Virus record (IMG/VR): IMGVR_UViG_3300023296_001674
Reading direction: 5' to 3' (one strand)
DNA: 64,000 nt
From: a virus
Shown here: piece after piece, positions 28,085 to 39,176 of the stretch
Position numbering within the stretch: the first letter of the stretch is position 1
Layout: each line of letters opens with the position of its first letter
The notes under the pieces: generated by a model
Told to the model about the DNA's origin: nothing
The model's database searches: none
The model's input: only the letters and a program-made list of their open reading frames with translations
Position numbers and translations under genes: made by a program

Positions 28085-28594
28085 ATGACAGATAGTAGTT
28101 GCGATGACATACAAGAGTACTTAAATATAGTACAAGGGAATTTTCCTATTAACGAAAGTCAAAATGATGACGATTCCGTTAGTTTTGGTGTGTCTACAGC
28201 AGGAGCTATTGCTGGTGATACATATATCTATGATAATGGATTAAGATGGGCACAATTAGTCGAAGAAGAAGAAAATCATTGGTTTATACGCAATGGATTT
28301 TTAGAATATAGTGCAGATACAGAAGAATATATATCAAAGCATGATATGACTTCTATGATTAGATCGGGTGATATGGTTTTATTTGAAGAAGATGCTAGTG
28401 ATGATGTTCTATTAGAGGAAACGTTGTCACTAGAAGACGGCAAATTTGACGATTTTATGAATAACGTTGAACGATACCTTTTAATAAATGAAGGACGTGA
28501 GACTTTTGATTTTGATTATGAATGGAGTGATGCATGGTTAGAAGGTAAAACCCCTTCTGAATCCGCCGATGAAGCAATTTTATTGGAAGGATAA
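28085..28594 (+). CDS. Acidic hypothetical protein (possible internal head protein)
   Basis: INES/INEG/LLEG-type sites; in late operon. Confidence 0.55.
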   Translation: MTDSSCDDIQEYLNIVQGNFPINESQNDDDSVSFGVSTAGAIAGDTYIYDNGLRWAQLVEEEENHWFIRNGFLEYSADTEEYISKHDMTSMIRSGDMVLFEEDASDDVLLEETLSLEDGKFDDFMNNVERYLLINEGRETFDFDYEWSDAWLEGKTPSESADEAILLEG

Positions 28595-28597
28595 ACT

Positions 28598-28945
28598 ATG
28601 ATACCAGAAATAACTTTAGGTGCTGATGCCATTTTATGGATTACCGCTTTAATATCTATCACCGTTGCATTAGTTGTTAAAGATTTTATAACAACATTTG
28701 TTGCTGGATTTTTCTTTTATATGAATCGTGATTTTTCTGAAGGACATCATGTTTTTATTGATGGTGAAGAAGCGGTTATTATAAAAGTTGGTTTAAGAAA
28801 TACCATATTTGAAATAAAAAATGGTCGCGGTGAGACATGGCGATATGTTCCCAATGATAGAATAAAAATGTTAAAACTTGAGAGAGTTATAACCCCAAAA
28901 CCAAAACCCCAAAATAGACGAAATGTAGACAAAAAGGATGTGTAA
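28598..28945 (+). CDS. Minimal MscS-family (mechanosensitive channel-like) membrane protein
   Basis: TM helix then KDFITTFVAG...FSEGHHVFIDGEEAVIIKVGLRNT...YVPN = MscS TM3 plus Sm-like beta domain. Confidence 0.75.
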   Translation: MIPEITLGADAILWITALISITVALVVKDFITTFVAGFFFYMNRDFSEGHHVFIDGEEAVIIKVGLRNTIFEIKNGRGETWRYVPNDRIKMLKLERVITPKPKPQNRRNVDKKDV

Positions 28946-30096
28946 TGTCAAAACTGCGCTTATGGAATCGAAAAAAAGGTAATGATTATAAGTTCTTCGA
29001 TAGAACTATAAGTGAAATGTTCAATGTGGGCGGCACGGAGTTTATGGTGCATAAATACGTTGGCACAGTTAATCAAGGTGGTGGCACCAATCCAACACAG
29101 CCTAGTTATCCGGGCGATGCCGCAACTAATATTCAAGACATGTTATTATTGGAAAATCGCGACAGAGTTTATGATAAAAATATATATTCATTAATGGGTT
29201 CGTATAATGTTCAAGATAATGATTTCGACTTAAGTCAATTTGGTTTATTTTTAAGCGGTGATACATTATTCATACAATTTCACCTTAATGACATGGTTGA
29301 TTTGGTTGGAAGAAAACTTATCGCTGGTGATGTATTAGAAGTTCCACATTTACGCGACGATTTAGTATTGGACGGCGAAGATGATGGAATAAGTGATACA
29401 TATGCTATACCAAAGTTATATAAAATTGAAGATGCAAGTAGATCATCTGAGGGATTTAGCCCCACGTGGTATCCGCATATATGGAGAGTTAAGATAAGTC
29501 CATTATCAGACAGCCAAGAATACAGAGATTTACTTGAACGTGATATTGGTAGTTTTAATGATGGATATCCATCATGTTTTGATGGCACTGATGCCGACGA
29601 TGATGGCAATTTGGGCGATACTGGTGTTTCGTTATCCGATTTAATAAGTACTGGCCCAATTGAAAAAGAAATAGCCGATGCGATTATAGCAGAAGCGGAA
29701 CGCGATGTCCCCAATCGCAATTTAGAACATTCACAATTATGGGTTTCAGAGCATAATGAACAAGGATTGCCACATTTATTCATGACCGACGGTGAAGCAC
29801 CAAATGGTGCAACATTATTAGGTTCCGGTTCAGAGTTTCCAGAACTCCCACCTGATGGATCATGGTTTTTACGAACAGATTATTCTCCTGATGTTTTATA
29901 TAAAAGAGAAGGATCATCATGGATTAGAACCGAAGTTGATTGGCGTGAAAAATGGACTACAGCAAATAGAACATTATTACAGTTCTTGAATAACAGAAAT
30001 ACAGTCGATACTGCCGACGGACCAATAGATTCAAAAGTTGCAGTAAGTAAAATTGTCCCACATAGAAACAAACCGGGACCAGACGAGGTAAGTTAA
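28945..30096 (+). CDS. Neck/head-closure protein, T4 gp14-like
   Basis: IQDMLLLENRDRVY, LSQFGLF, GDVLEVP; order gp13-gp14-gp15. Confidence 0.75.
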   Translation: MSKLRLWNRKKGNDYKFFDRTISEMFNVGGTEFMVHKYVGTVNQGGGTNPTQPSYPGDAATNIQDMLLLENRDRVYDKNIYSLMGSYNVQDNDFDLSQFGLFLSGDTLFIQFHLNDMVDLVGRKLIAGDVLEVPHLRDDLVLDGEDDGISDTYAIPKLYKIEDASRSSEGFSPTWYPHIWRVKISPLSDSQEYRDLLERDIGSFNDGYPSCFDGTDADDDGNLGDTGVSLSDLISTGPIEKEIADAIIAEAERDVPNRNLEHSQLWVSEHNEQGLPHLFMTDGEAPNGATLLGSGSEFPELPPDGSWFLRTDYSPDVLYKREGSSWIRTEVDWREKWTTANRTLLQFLNNRNTVDTADGPIDSKVAVSKIVPHRNKPGPDEVS

Positions 30097-31457
30097 TGGC
30101 AGATTATTTTTATGACCACCAAATAAGAAGATTAATAATTCAAGTATGTAGAATGCTTGGTGGATTTGTAGTGCATACTGGTGAAAATGCAGATGGTGTA
30201 GTGCAAGTAAGAGATGCACCATGTAGATGGGGTGAACCATCACGAATGGTTTCTCAGATAATGAGAAAAGGTTCAGAAAATACAATGCTTTATACACCAT
30301 TAATGAGTGTTCATATAGCAGGTATAAGTGCCGCACCGTCAAGGCGACAAAATCCCACACATGTTGAAACCGATCTTGTGGATGAACGTGAATTTGATAA
30401 TGATACTGGTTTGTATACAGAAAATTTAGGTGATAGATTTACCGTTAAGAGATATATGTCTGTTCCATATGATTTTACATTTCAATTGGATATATGGACA
30501 AGCAACCAAGATCAAAAAATGCAATTATTGGAACAATTAATGACATTATTTAATCCATCTGTCGATATTCAAACAGGTGATAATCCATTGGATTGGTCTG
30601 CTATTACATTTGCTACATTAGAAGATGATATAACATGGACGTCGAGATCAATACCAATGGGAACGGATGAACAGATTGATATCTCTACAATGAGATTTAA
30701 TATTCCTTATTGGATTAATCCACCAGCAGAACAATCACGCCGACGTGCGATTGAAACCATCGTTACTAATATGAGTACCGTGGATGAACTACCCGTCGAT
30801 GATTCAGATTTTTCGTGGAGTGAGGGTGATAATTTATATCAAAGTATTATTACTCCGGGCAATCATATAATAGATGTAACTGGTAATGAAATAAAATTGT
30901 TAGGTGATAATGGTTCAGATGTAGATTTGAATAATGAGATATATGATTGGAGTAAATTATTATATAAATATAGCAATTTCAGTGATAATAAAACAAATAA
31001 TTTAGAAATAAAAACAAAATTTGGCGATTCTGATGGTATACAGGGGAGTATTGCGTTCCATACAACAGAAAGTAATATATTATTATGGACTATTGATGAA
31101 GATACACTACCGCAAGATACACTTACACCAGTGGACGCCATTACTGACCCATCGGCTAAATTTCCTGGTGACGGTTTGCCTGCTGCTGCTTTGGGTCAGA
31201 GGTATTTGATCGCCGATAACATAACCGCAACTGGATCGATATGGGGAGATATAACTGCTGAAGTTAATAGCATTATAGAATACACCGGAACGGTGTGGAT
31301 TGTGTCGTTTGATAGCACCGCTGTAGTGGCAGACACCAAACAAGTTGTGCTTAATGTATTCACTAATAAACAATTGCGATGGAACCCAGAAAAAAAGGAT
31401 TGGGAGTTCGCAGTCGATGGGACATACAAACCAGGAACGTGGAAAATTATAACATAA
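30096..31457 (+). CDS. Tail terminator/sheath stabilizer, T4 gp15-like
   Basis: YFYDHQIRR, VPYDFTFQLDIWT, QLLEQLMTLFNP, WINPP. Confidence 0.85.
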   Translation: MADYFYDHQIRRLIIQVCRMLGGFVVHTGENADGVVQVRDAPCRWGEPSRMVSQIMRKGSENTMLYTPLMSVHIAGISAAPSRRQNPTHVETDLVDEREFDNDTGLYTENLGDRFTVKRYMSVPYDFTFQLDIWTSNQDQKMQLLEQLMTLFNPSVDIQTGDNPLDWSAITFATLEDDITWTSRSIPMGTDEQIDISTMRFNIPYWINPPAEQSRRRAIETIVTNMSTVDELPVDDSDFSWSEGDNLYQSIITPGNHIIDVTGNEIKLLGDNGSDVDLNNEIYDWSKLLYKYSNFSDNKTNNLEIKTKFGDSDGIQGSIAFHTTESNILLWTIDEDTLPQDTLTPVDAITDPSAKFPGDGLPAAALGQRYLIADNITATGSIWGDITAEVNSIIEYTGTVWIVSFDSTAVVADTKQVVLNVFTNKQLRWNPEKKDWEFAVDGTYKPGTWKIIT

Positions 31458-31533
31458 TATAAAACACAGACAAAACCAGATAAAAAATAAATACATATAG
31501 AATTTGGTTGGAAAATAAGAGGATAACAACGCT

Positions 31534-34074
31534 ATGCCACAATTAGTATCACCCGGTGCATCAATTACAATAACGGATGAGTCATTCTACCCTACTGCTG
31601 GGCAAGGAACCATACCACTTATTGTATTTGCTACTAGATCGAACAAGGCTAACCCAAACGATTCAGATTTTTCAGTTGAATCATCTCTTGCTCCAGGCAC
31701 AGTTCCTGACGTGGCAGGAAAATTGACTTTAGTGACAAGTCAACGTGAATTGATTCAAACATTTGGAGAGCCGGTCTTTGTTGAAGAAGCAGGAACGCCC
31801 AGCCATGGTAATGAACTTAATGAATATGGATTACATGCCGCAATGCAATATTTTGGAATAGCAGATCGTGCGTATGTAATACGTGCAGACATTCCAATGG
31901 AAGAATTAGAGCCACGCGATGTTCCCCCTGTTGGCCCTCCAGTAAATGGAACATATTGGTTTGACTTAACAACTACACAGTTTGGTGTATTTCAAGGCGA
32001 CTTAACACAATGGGTACATAATGTTCCATTGTTATTAGATTTAGATGTTCCAGCAATAGATAGTTCAATTGTAGATGCACAAGGTGATGATGGTAATTTT
32101 GCTATCGATATCGGCAATAGTGCTCTTGGATTATTAGAAAAAATCGCCGGAACGTGGTATCGTGTAGGCTCTGCTGATTGGATAACTGCTAAAGGTTCAA
32201 CCAGCCTTGTTGGCGGCGGCTCGGGTCCAGCAACCGTGACTTATACCCCACATACTGGTGGTGTTGGTAATATATTGCCAGTATTTAACGATCAGGCTGT
32301 ATGGGTTAAAACAACTACACCAAATTTGGGCGTTGATTATAAAGTTAAATTATATAATTCAACAACACAACTTTTTACTGAAATATTTGCACCATTATAT
32401 GCATCTGAAACAGATGCAGAAACATTCTATGGAACTAATTTAGTGGCTGGTAGTTTATTTGTAGACTATGATCCAACTAATTCAACACATGACATTAAAC
32501 GTTATGATGGAACCAATTGGGTTTCATTGGTATATGAAGCTAATTTAGTAGTTCCAACAACCGAAGCAGTAGAAGGTGTGCTATGGTATAATACAGAATT
32601 CCAAGTTGATATTATGACGAGTGATGGTAGCAATTGGTTGGGTTATGTTAATAGATATCCAAGTACCGATCCAAACGGTGTTATTCTTTCAGGAACTGCA
32701 CCAGTATTTCAATCCGATGGAACTGCGTTGGTTGATAATGATTTATGGATCGATACCACAGATGTAGAAGAATATCCAAAAATTTATCGTTGGTTTGTTT
32801 CTACATCAGAATGGGTATTGGTTGACAATGCGGATCAAACTACAGATCAAGGTATAATTTTTGGCGATGCAAGAGAAATTGGCGGTCCAGCAGGCACAGA
32901 CTCTGTTCCAGGTTTGTCTAGTAACTTAATTGACGGTGATGCACCAGAGCCATTGTTGTATCCAGCAGGAATGCTATTGTTCAATATGAGATTTAGTTCA
33001 TTGAATGTTAAAAAATGGGTTAACAATCACACAGATGATGCCGTGTTGGTTGGTGGTGCAGGAACAAGTAATACTGCAACTAGTGACAGATGGGTAACAG
33101 AAAGTGGTCTTAAGACTGACGGATCACCATATATGGGACGTAAAGCACAACGTGCAGTAATCGTTCAATCTATGCAATCTGTATTTGCTTCAAATGAAGA
33201 TATTCGTTCTGAATTTATATTCTTTAACTTAATGGCATGCCCTGCATATCCTGACGTTATTGATGAAATGATTACATTGAATGTCGATAACAAAGAAATC
33301 GCATTTATTGTTGGTGATACACCATCAAGACTTGCGCCGGATGGTAGTAGCATACAAAACTACGCAACTGGAGCATCTGGCAATCCAGTTAATGGTGAAG
33401 ATGGAAGAACTGCGGGTGTATCTAGTGCATATGTTGCACAATGGTATCCATGGGGCTTAAGCACCAATATAGATGGTTCTGAAGTTATGATTCCACCAAG
33501 CACAATGGCTCTTAGAACATTGGCTTTCAATGATCAGGTTGCTTTCCCATGGTTTGCACCAGCGGGTTATCAGCGCGGTTTGGTTTCTAATGCACAAAGT
33601 GTTGGATATTTGAATACTGAAGGTGAGTTCCAGCAGGTTATATTAAATCAAGGTCAGCGCGATGTTCTATATCTTAACAATATTAACCCTATTTCGGCTA
33701 GACCGAATCGTGGATTGGTTATGTTCGGACAAAAAACATTAAATCCATTGGATAGCGCATTAGATCGTATTAACGTAGCACGATTAATGAACTATGTTAG
33801 ATACAATCTTAACGAATTGGTTCAACCATACTTGTTTGAACCTAATGATCAACAAACACGTGATGCAGTTCGTATTACAGTTGAGCGTTTCTTAGGTGAT
33901 TTGATGGGCAAGCGTGCATTATTTGACTTTGGTGTAAGAGTTGATGAGACTAATAACACACCATTGCGTATTGATCGTAACGAATTATGGATTGATGTTG
34001 CACTTAAACCGATTAAAGCAATCGAATTTATATATATACCTATTCGTATATTGAATACAGGCGATGATATATAA
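31534..34074 (+). CDS. Contractile tail sheath protein, gp18-like
   Basis: LVSPGASI.ITDES, PWFAPAGYQRG, NNINPI, FGQKTL, DRINVARL, FEPND. Confidence 0.95.
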   Translation: MPQLVSPGASITITDESFYPTAGQGTIPLIVFATRSNKANPNDSDFSVESSLAPGTVPDVAGKLTLVTSQRELIQTFGEPVFVEEAGTPSHGNELNEYGLHAAMQYFGIADRAYVIRADIPMEELEPRDVPPVGPPVNGTYWFDLTTTQFGVFQGDLTQWVHNVPLLLDLDVPAIDSSIVDAQGDDGNFAIDIGNSALGLLEKIAGTWYRVGSADWITAKGSTSLVGGGSGPATVTYTPHTGGVGNILPVFNDQAVWVKTTTPNLGVDYKVKLYNSTTQLFTEIFAPLYASETDAETFYGTNLVAGSLFVDYDPTNSTHDIKRYDGTNWVSLVYEANLVVPTTEAVEGVLWYNTEFQVDIMTSDGSNWLGYVNRYPSTDPNGVILSGTAPVFQSDGTALVDNDLWIDTTDVEEYPKIYRWFVSTSEWVLVDNADQTTDQGIIFGDAREIGGPAGTDSVPGLSSNLIDGDAPEPLLYPAGMLLFNMRFSSLNVKKWVNNHTDDAVLVGGAGTSNTATSDRWVTESGLKTDGSPYMGRKAQRAVIVQSMQSVFASNEDIRSEFIFFNLMACPAYPDVIDEMITLNVDNKEIAFIVGDTPSRLAPDGSSIQNYATGASGNPVNGEDGRTAGVSSAYVAQWYPWGLSTNIDGSEVMIPPSTMALRTLAFNDQVAFPWFAPAGYQRGLVSNAQSVGYLNTEGEFQQVILNQGQRDVLYLNNINPISARPNRGLVMFGQKTLNPLDSALDRINVARLMNYVRYNLNELVQPYLFEPNDQQTRDAVRITVERFLGDLMGKRALFDFGVRVDETNNTPLRIDRNELWIDVALKPIKAIEFIYIPIRILNTGDDI

Positions 34075-34101
34075 TATATAATATATAATAAAATAACCAA
34101 T

Positions 34102-34137
34102 AAAAAACCCATTCCTTTTGTTAGGAATGGGTTTTTT
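34102..34137. terminator. Intrinsic terminator after sheath gene
   Basis: aaaaaacccattcct-tttgtt-aggaatgggtttttt. Confidence 0.85.
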
Positions 34138-34213
34138 ATATAGGGTGTTAACGGTTTTTTAAAAAAAACAATAAATATTAGTATAAAAACATTATATTTG
34201 AGGATAATATATT

Positions 34214-34831
34214 ATGGCTACTTTAGATAAATTTGGCGTTCCGCTACAAACAGGTGATAGCACCCGTGGTGGCATATTACAGCCTAAATTAAAATACCGA
34301 TTCCGTGTGTTGACCCAAAATTTCGGTCCAACCAATGAGCAATCGAATTTAACACGACAAGTTATGAATGTAACAAAGCCCAAAATCAGTTTTGAAGAAG
34401 TTATGCTTGATAGTTATATGTCAAAAGCGTGGGTTGCTGGTAAACATACGTGGGAAATGGTTACATTAGTTGTTCGTGATGATATTTCCAACAGTGTTAG
34501 TAAACTTGTTGGGCATCAAATGCAAAAACAAGTTAATCACTTCGAACAAACAGCCCCTGCTGCCGGTGTTAATTATAAATTCACTATGAATATTCAAACT
34601 CTTGACGGCGGAAATGATGTTGTTCAAGAAGATTGGACTTTGGAAGGATGTTGGTTACAAAACGTTGATTACGATTCGCTTGATTATGCTGCTGGTGCAG
34701 ACGTTCAAATGATCACAATGCAAGTTAGATTTGATAATGCTACAATGCTTGATGCATTTGTTGAAACTGGCATCAACTTCACATCTGGTGCTGCTGCTCC
34801 TGGCGCTGCTGCTGGAAATGGTTCGGGTTAA
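34214..34831 (+). CDS. Tail tube protein, gp19-like
   Basis: PKLKYRFRV, AGKHTW, WTLEGCWLQNVDYDSLDY, VRFDNA; follows sheath. Confidence 0.88.
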   Translation: MATLDKFGVPLQTGDSTRGGILQPKLKYRFRVLTQNFGPTNEQSNLTRQVMNVTKPKISFEEVMLDSYMSKAWVAGKHTWEMVTLVVRDDISNSVSKLVGHQMQKQVNHFEQTAPAAGVNYKFTMNIQTLDGGNDVVQEDWTLEGCWLQNVDYDSLDYAAGADVQMITMQVRFDNATMLDAFVETGINFTSGAAAPGAAAGNGSG

Positions 34832-34837
34832 TAGAAT

Positions 34838-35662
34838 ATGGCACGTGGTGGTGATTTAACAGACAAATTTGGAAGGCGGTTATTATTTAGAGAGAGCCAA
34901 TATGGTGCTCAAAACTTTAAAATATCTGATTCGAATGCTCCTGGATTCACCCGAACTGCATTAATACCAAAACCAAAATTTTTATTCTTTGCACGATTTA
35001 GGATATCAAAAACCGCACTTGATGCAGCCGCACAACTTGGCGACAAAAGTGCATTTGATAATATCAAAAATGATGTCATATTTCAAATTAAACAGATCGA
35101 TAAACCAAAGTTTAATATACAATCTGAAACGTTAAATCAATATAATAAGAAACGTGTAGTGCAGACGGGTATAGATTATAATCCGATGACTATTAATTTT
35201 CATGACGATGTTGGTGATAAAGTAATGAGATTTTGGAATGATTATTTTAAATACTATTATGGCGACGGTGGTAGAGAATCAACGTTAGATTGGCGCAATG
35301 ATATGGTCACCCGCGATTTTGTAAACGGACAACAGAATGAAAATGGATGGGGTTATCGTGGAAATTTTGCTGGTGGATCGGTTAATATGCATTTAATTGA
35401 ATCTATTGAGTTAATACAGTTTTACGGACAAGAATTTACATCTATGCAATTTGTTAGACCTATTATAACGATATTCGATCACGATAACAATGATTATGCT
35501 GAAGGTCGCGTAGGAACTGGTATTCGTATATCATTTGATTATGAGGGTGTTATATATAATTTAGACCCAACTAATGTAGAAGGACATGAAGATGAATTTG
35601 ACTTCCTTTCAGATTATTATGATCCACAAGGAAGAACAAGAATTGATGTTGGTGGTACGTAA
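34838..35662 (+). CDS. Tube-fold protein (second tube/gp54-like)
   Basis: PKPKFLF, DKPKF, NQYNKKR, YNPMTINFHDD, FDYE. Confidence 0.65.
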   Translation: MARGGDLTDKFGRRLLFRESQYGAQNFKISDSNAPGFTRTALIPKPKFLFFARFRISKTALDAAAQLGDKSAFDNIKNDVIFQIKQIDKPKFNIQSETLNQYNKKRVVQTGIDYNPMTINFHDDVGDKVMRFWNDYFKYYYGDGGRESTLDWRNDMVTRDFVNGQQNENGWGYRGNFAGGSVNMHLIESIELIQFYGQEFTSMQFVRPIITIFDHDNNDYAEGRVGTGIRISFDYEGVIYNLDPTNVEGHEDEFDFLSDYYDPQGRTRIDVGGT

Positions 35663-35664
35663 TT

Positions 35665-36330
35665 ATGGTAACATTTAAAGAACAAACAAAAGTGACAACT
35701 GGTGGTAAAGTTATTTCTGATAATATAGTGTTAGGAGTACAGTCTTCTACTGACGCTAGTAGTTTATCAAATTTAACTATTGCAAGCGGTAGCACTCCTT
35801 CTACTGACGCGATAGAAAAGGAAACTGGTGTTAAAAATACAATTAATAATTTTGGACGGCCTATAAGTCGAACAACATTTAGTGTATTAACAGGTGAAAC
35901 ATTACCGCGTAATACTGGTATAGATTCATTAAAAATAGATAGTGCAGCTTCGGTATTGAATACAAGCGTTGTTTCTACTGAACAAGTTGTATCACCGGGT
36001 GTAACTACTATAACCAATAGTAGCGCATCATCTGAATTCAGTCGATCATTGGGTTCTGCATCGGCACTAGCAATACGAGAAGGTTTTGTGGATGGTGTTG
36101 CGGTATTTGTTGATTCGATAGAAACTGATAGTATATATGCAAATACCATCGTTAATAAACTTCCTAACAGCACATATAGACTTACAGGAAAGGGCGCTAC
36201 CGTTATGAATTCAATGAGATCACCCAATAGTGCACTAGGTGTTCGAAATAATGTAAAGTTGCCATGGGAAAATCCTGAAACTTTAAACAATAATAAAAGA
36301 ATGTTAGACGCAGAAACTGGTTCATCGTAA
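35665..36330 (+). CDS. Ser/Thr-rich hypothetical virion protein
   Basis: In tail operon; low complexity. Confidence 0.55.
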   Translation: MVTFKEQTKVTTGGKVISDNIVLGVQSSTDASSLSNLTIASGSTPSTDAIEKETGVKNTINNFGRPISRTTFSVLTGETLPRNTGIDSLKIDSAASVLNTSVVSTEQVVSPGVTTITNSSASSEFSRSLGSASALAIREGFVDGVAVFVDSIETDSIYANTIVNKLPNSTYRLTGKGATVMNSMRSPNSALGVRNNVKLPWENPETLNNNKRMLDAETGSS

Positions 36331-36354
36331 TAATATCTATAATAAATAGTTATT

Positions 36355-36822
36355 ATGGCTAAACGTGATAAATGGGCTAAGGGGGAGTTTACCCCAAAAA
36401 ATCCTGAAAAATATATTGGCACCTATCCTATAATATACCGAAGCTCATGGGAAAATGTGCTAATGCAAAAGTGCGACACCCATCCAAACATCCAACAATG
36501 GGCAAGTGAAAGTATTAGAATACCATATTTCAATCCATTTTCACAAAAATCGACAATATATATACCTGATTTTTTATTAAATTATGTGGATAGAAATGGA
36601 AATACCATTGTAGAAATAATAGAAATAAAACCATTAAAACAATCTATTGATGAGAAAGCAACGTCGCGTGACAGTAAAGCGGCTCTAGCGTTAAATAAAA
36701 TAAAATGGCACGCCGCAATGGCATGGGCTAAAAAAAATGGCATGAGGTTTCGTGTAATGAACGAAACTGACATGTTTACACAAAAACCAGCCAGCAAACC
36801 AAGAAAAAGGAAAATTAAATGA
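36355..36822 (+). CDS. Head completion nuclease, T4 gp4-like (TnsA-like fold)
   Basis: PKNPEKYIG, YRSSWE, WASE.I.IPY, YIPDF, EIKP, KWHAA. Confidence 0.9.
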   Translation: MAKRDKWAKGEFTPKNPEKYIGTYPIIYRSSWENVLMQKCDTHPNIQQWASESIRIPYFNPFSQKSTIYIPDFLLNYVDRNGNTIVEIIEIKPLKQSIDEKATSRDSKAALALNKIKWHAAMAWAKKNGMRFRVMNETDMFTQKPASKPRKRKIK

Positions 36823-37271
36823 CAGAACATATAGATGATTTTTTGGATATACCGCATATAGATGAAATAAAAGAAGACGCACCAAAAGAAGTAACATTAC
36901 CGCAAAATAATACTTCTATTATGCATGTTGATAGCGAACATTCTAATGAAACCGAGGATATTAGAAAAAAAGCATTAGCATTACAAGAAGAAATAGCAGA
37001 TGTAGCACGTAATACAGAGCCTAGTAGAAGTGCGAGAATGTTTGAAGTATCAGGACAACACTTAACATTGGCACTTAAGGCATCTGATTCAAAAGAAAAA
37101 AGGAAATTAGAGGCAGCTAAACTTAAATTAGATGCAGCTAGATTGAAAGTGGATGACGATACCGTTAATAGTCTTAACAGCGGCGCTGAAGTTATCGCTG
37201 ATCGCAATGCATTGATAAAACAAATGATGTCAGAAGATGAAGTTGTAGATGTAGACTCAGTAGATGAATAA
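36819..37271 (+). CDS. Probable terminase small subunit (gp16-like)
   Basis: Helical; ARMFEVSGQHL and C-terminal IADRNAL; follows gp4. Confidence 0.55.
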   Translation: MTEHIDDFLDIPHIDEIKEDAPKEVTLPQNNTSIMHVDSEHSNETEDIRKKALALQEEIADVARNTEPSRSARMFEVSGQHLTLALKASDSKEKRKLEAAKLKLDAARLKVDDDTVNSLNSGAEVIADRNALIKQMMSEDEVVDVDSVDE

Positions 37272-37343
37272 TTATCAGTTTAAAAACATATATTAGTTTA
37301 GTTTTTAGTGTTGTATAATAGTCAATAAAAAGGAATTAATTTA

Positions 37344-39176
37344 ATGAATAATGTCGTAGAAATGGTAAAAATACCAAAAAAGAAAGATGACACGCCAAAA
37401 ACCGATATAGTATCATTGGTTGTTTGTCCATCATGGGGTGTTTATTTTCCTCCTTATAATATATCACGTATTTCTGCGGTGTTAAGACAGGATGGATATA
37501 ATGTATTTGTTCATGATGTTAATGTTGATACCCGTGAATATCTTATGTCTTGCACAGATGTAGATTATTGGTCGGGTGAAAAATATTTTCATTGGCATGT
37601 TCGTCATTTTAATGAAGTTATATTTCCATTAATACAAGATTTTATTGATGATAAAATTGAAGAAATATTAATTAATAAGCCCGACATAGTTGGTTTTAGT
37701 TTATATACAACTAATATTGCATGCAGTTTTTATATGATGAAAAAAATGAAGGAAATAAATCCAAACTTAACAATTGTATGTGGTGGTCCAGAGTGTTTTT
37801 TAGAATTTAAACCAGAGAAATTTATAGATTATGTAGTCGTCGGTGAAGGCGAAGATAAAATACTTGATATAATGGAATCGTATAAAAAAGAAGAAATACA
37901 TAAAACTGATGAGACAAAAATTGTTGGCAAATTGCGAACAAAATTAGATATAAACAGAATTCCATCACCAGATTATAGCGACTTCAATTTCGATTTATAT
38001 ACCGAACGTAACGGTGTGTCTATCGAGACTTCGCGTGGTTGTATAGCAAAATGCACATTTTGTACGGAAACGTGGTTTTGGAAATATAGATGGCGCTCCT
38101 CTGATTCAATTATTGCGGAAATGGAAGAACAAATAGAGAAGTATGGTATATCACATTTTTGGTTCATTGATAGTTTAATAAACGGCAATTTAAAAGAATT
38201 TGGATTATTAGTTGATGGTATCATATCTAATGAATTAAATATTGAATGGAATGGGTATGCGAGATGCGATGCACGAATGGACCTTGATTTTCTAAAAAAA
38301 GTAAGAAAGGCTGGATGCACTTGTTTATCATTTGGCATTGAAAGTGGGTCTATGAAAGTATTGGGTGATATGGAAAAAAAGATTAAATTGCCTGTAATTG
38401 AACAAAATTTAAAAGATGGGTATTTGGCGCGTATTGCAAATCATACTAATTGGGTTTTGGGCTTCCCAACAGAAGGAAAATTGGAATATTATCATACATT
38501 GGTGTTGGTATATAATTGTCGTGAGTGGATACATGCTATATCACCAGGAATGGGTTGTGGAATATCACCCAACACGCCATTATATGATAGAAGAGAAGAT
38601 TTTGGTATATTGCCAGAATATGATACATTTTTAGATTCGTGGTATACAAGTGAATACAAAAATACAAAATTACATAGATTTTTACGAGTTAGATTATTCC
38701 ATATATGGTTGATGATTATAGAGAATAACACAGATGCCTCGATGATAAATGGGCAACTACATCCTTATTTGGTAGATCAATTTAAAATTAACATTAAGAA
38801 TGAAAAAAGTGACGTTGAACGAATGGAACCATTGCCAGATATAGATTTATATCATATATCAGATGGTGATTCATTTTCAAGTGATGTAGCAAATGAATAT
38901 TTTCCATTTTTATGGTCTATATATAAAGCATTTGGTGCGTTTGATTTAGAATTAGCGTTTGATGCTGAAAAAGACAACGCAGAATTTGGTGATGTCATAG
39001 GATGTCAATATAATTCTACTTTATCATTTGCGGTTGATGATGACGGAAAATTTAAATATAATATAATTCATCGATTTAATCATATTCCAATACATGAAAT
39101 GATGATAGACGGTTTACAAAAAAATATGTCGTTTGATGCGTCATATAACGGTGAAGGCGATTTTAATGATTTCTAG
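37344..39176 (+). CDS. B12-binding radical SAM enzyme
   Basis: PDIVGFS, IVCGGP, VVGEGE, ETSRGCIAKCTFC (CxxxCxxC), FGIESGS, VLGFPTE. Confidence 0.9.
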   Translation: MNNVVEMVKIPKKKDDTPKTDIVSLVVCPSWGVYFPPYNISRISAVLRQDGYNVFVHDVNVDTREYLMSCTDVDYWSGEKYFHWHVRHFNEVIFPLIQDFIDDKIEEILINKPDIVGFSLYTTNIACSFYMMKKMKEINPNLTIVCGGPECFLEFKPEKFIDYVVVGEGEDKILDIMESYKKEEIHKTDETKIVGKLRTKLDINRIPSPDYSDFNFDLYTERNGVSIETSRGCIAKCTFCTETWFWKYRWRSSDSIIAEMEEQIEKYGISHFWFIDSLINGNLKEFGLLVDGIISNELNIEWNGYARCDARMDLDFLKKVRKAGCTCLSFGIESGSMKVLGDMEKKIKLPVIEQNLKDGYLARIANHTNWVLGFPTEGKLEYYHTLVLVYNCREWIHAISPGMGCGISPNTPLYDRREDFGILPEYDTFLDSWYTSEYKNTKLHRFLRVRLFHIWLMIIENNTDASMINGQLHPYLVDQFKINIKNEKSDVERMEPLPDIDLYHISDGDSFSSDVANEYFPFLWSIYKAFGAFDLELAFDAEKDNAEFGDVIGCQYNSTLSFAVDDDGKFKYNIIHRFNHIPIHEMMIDGLQKNMSFDASYNGEGDFNDF

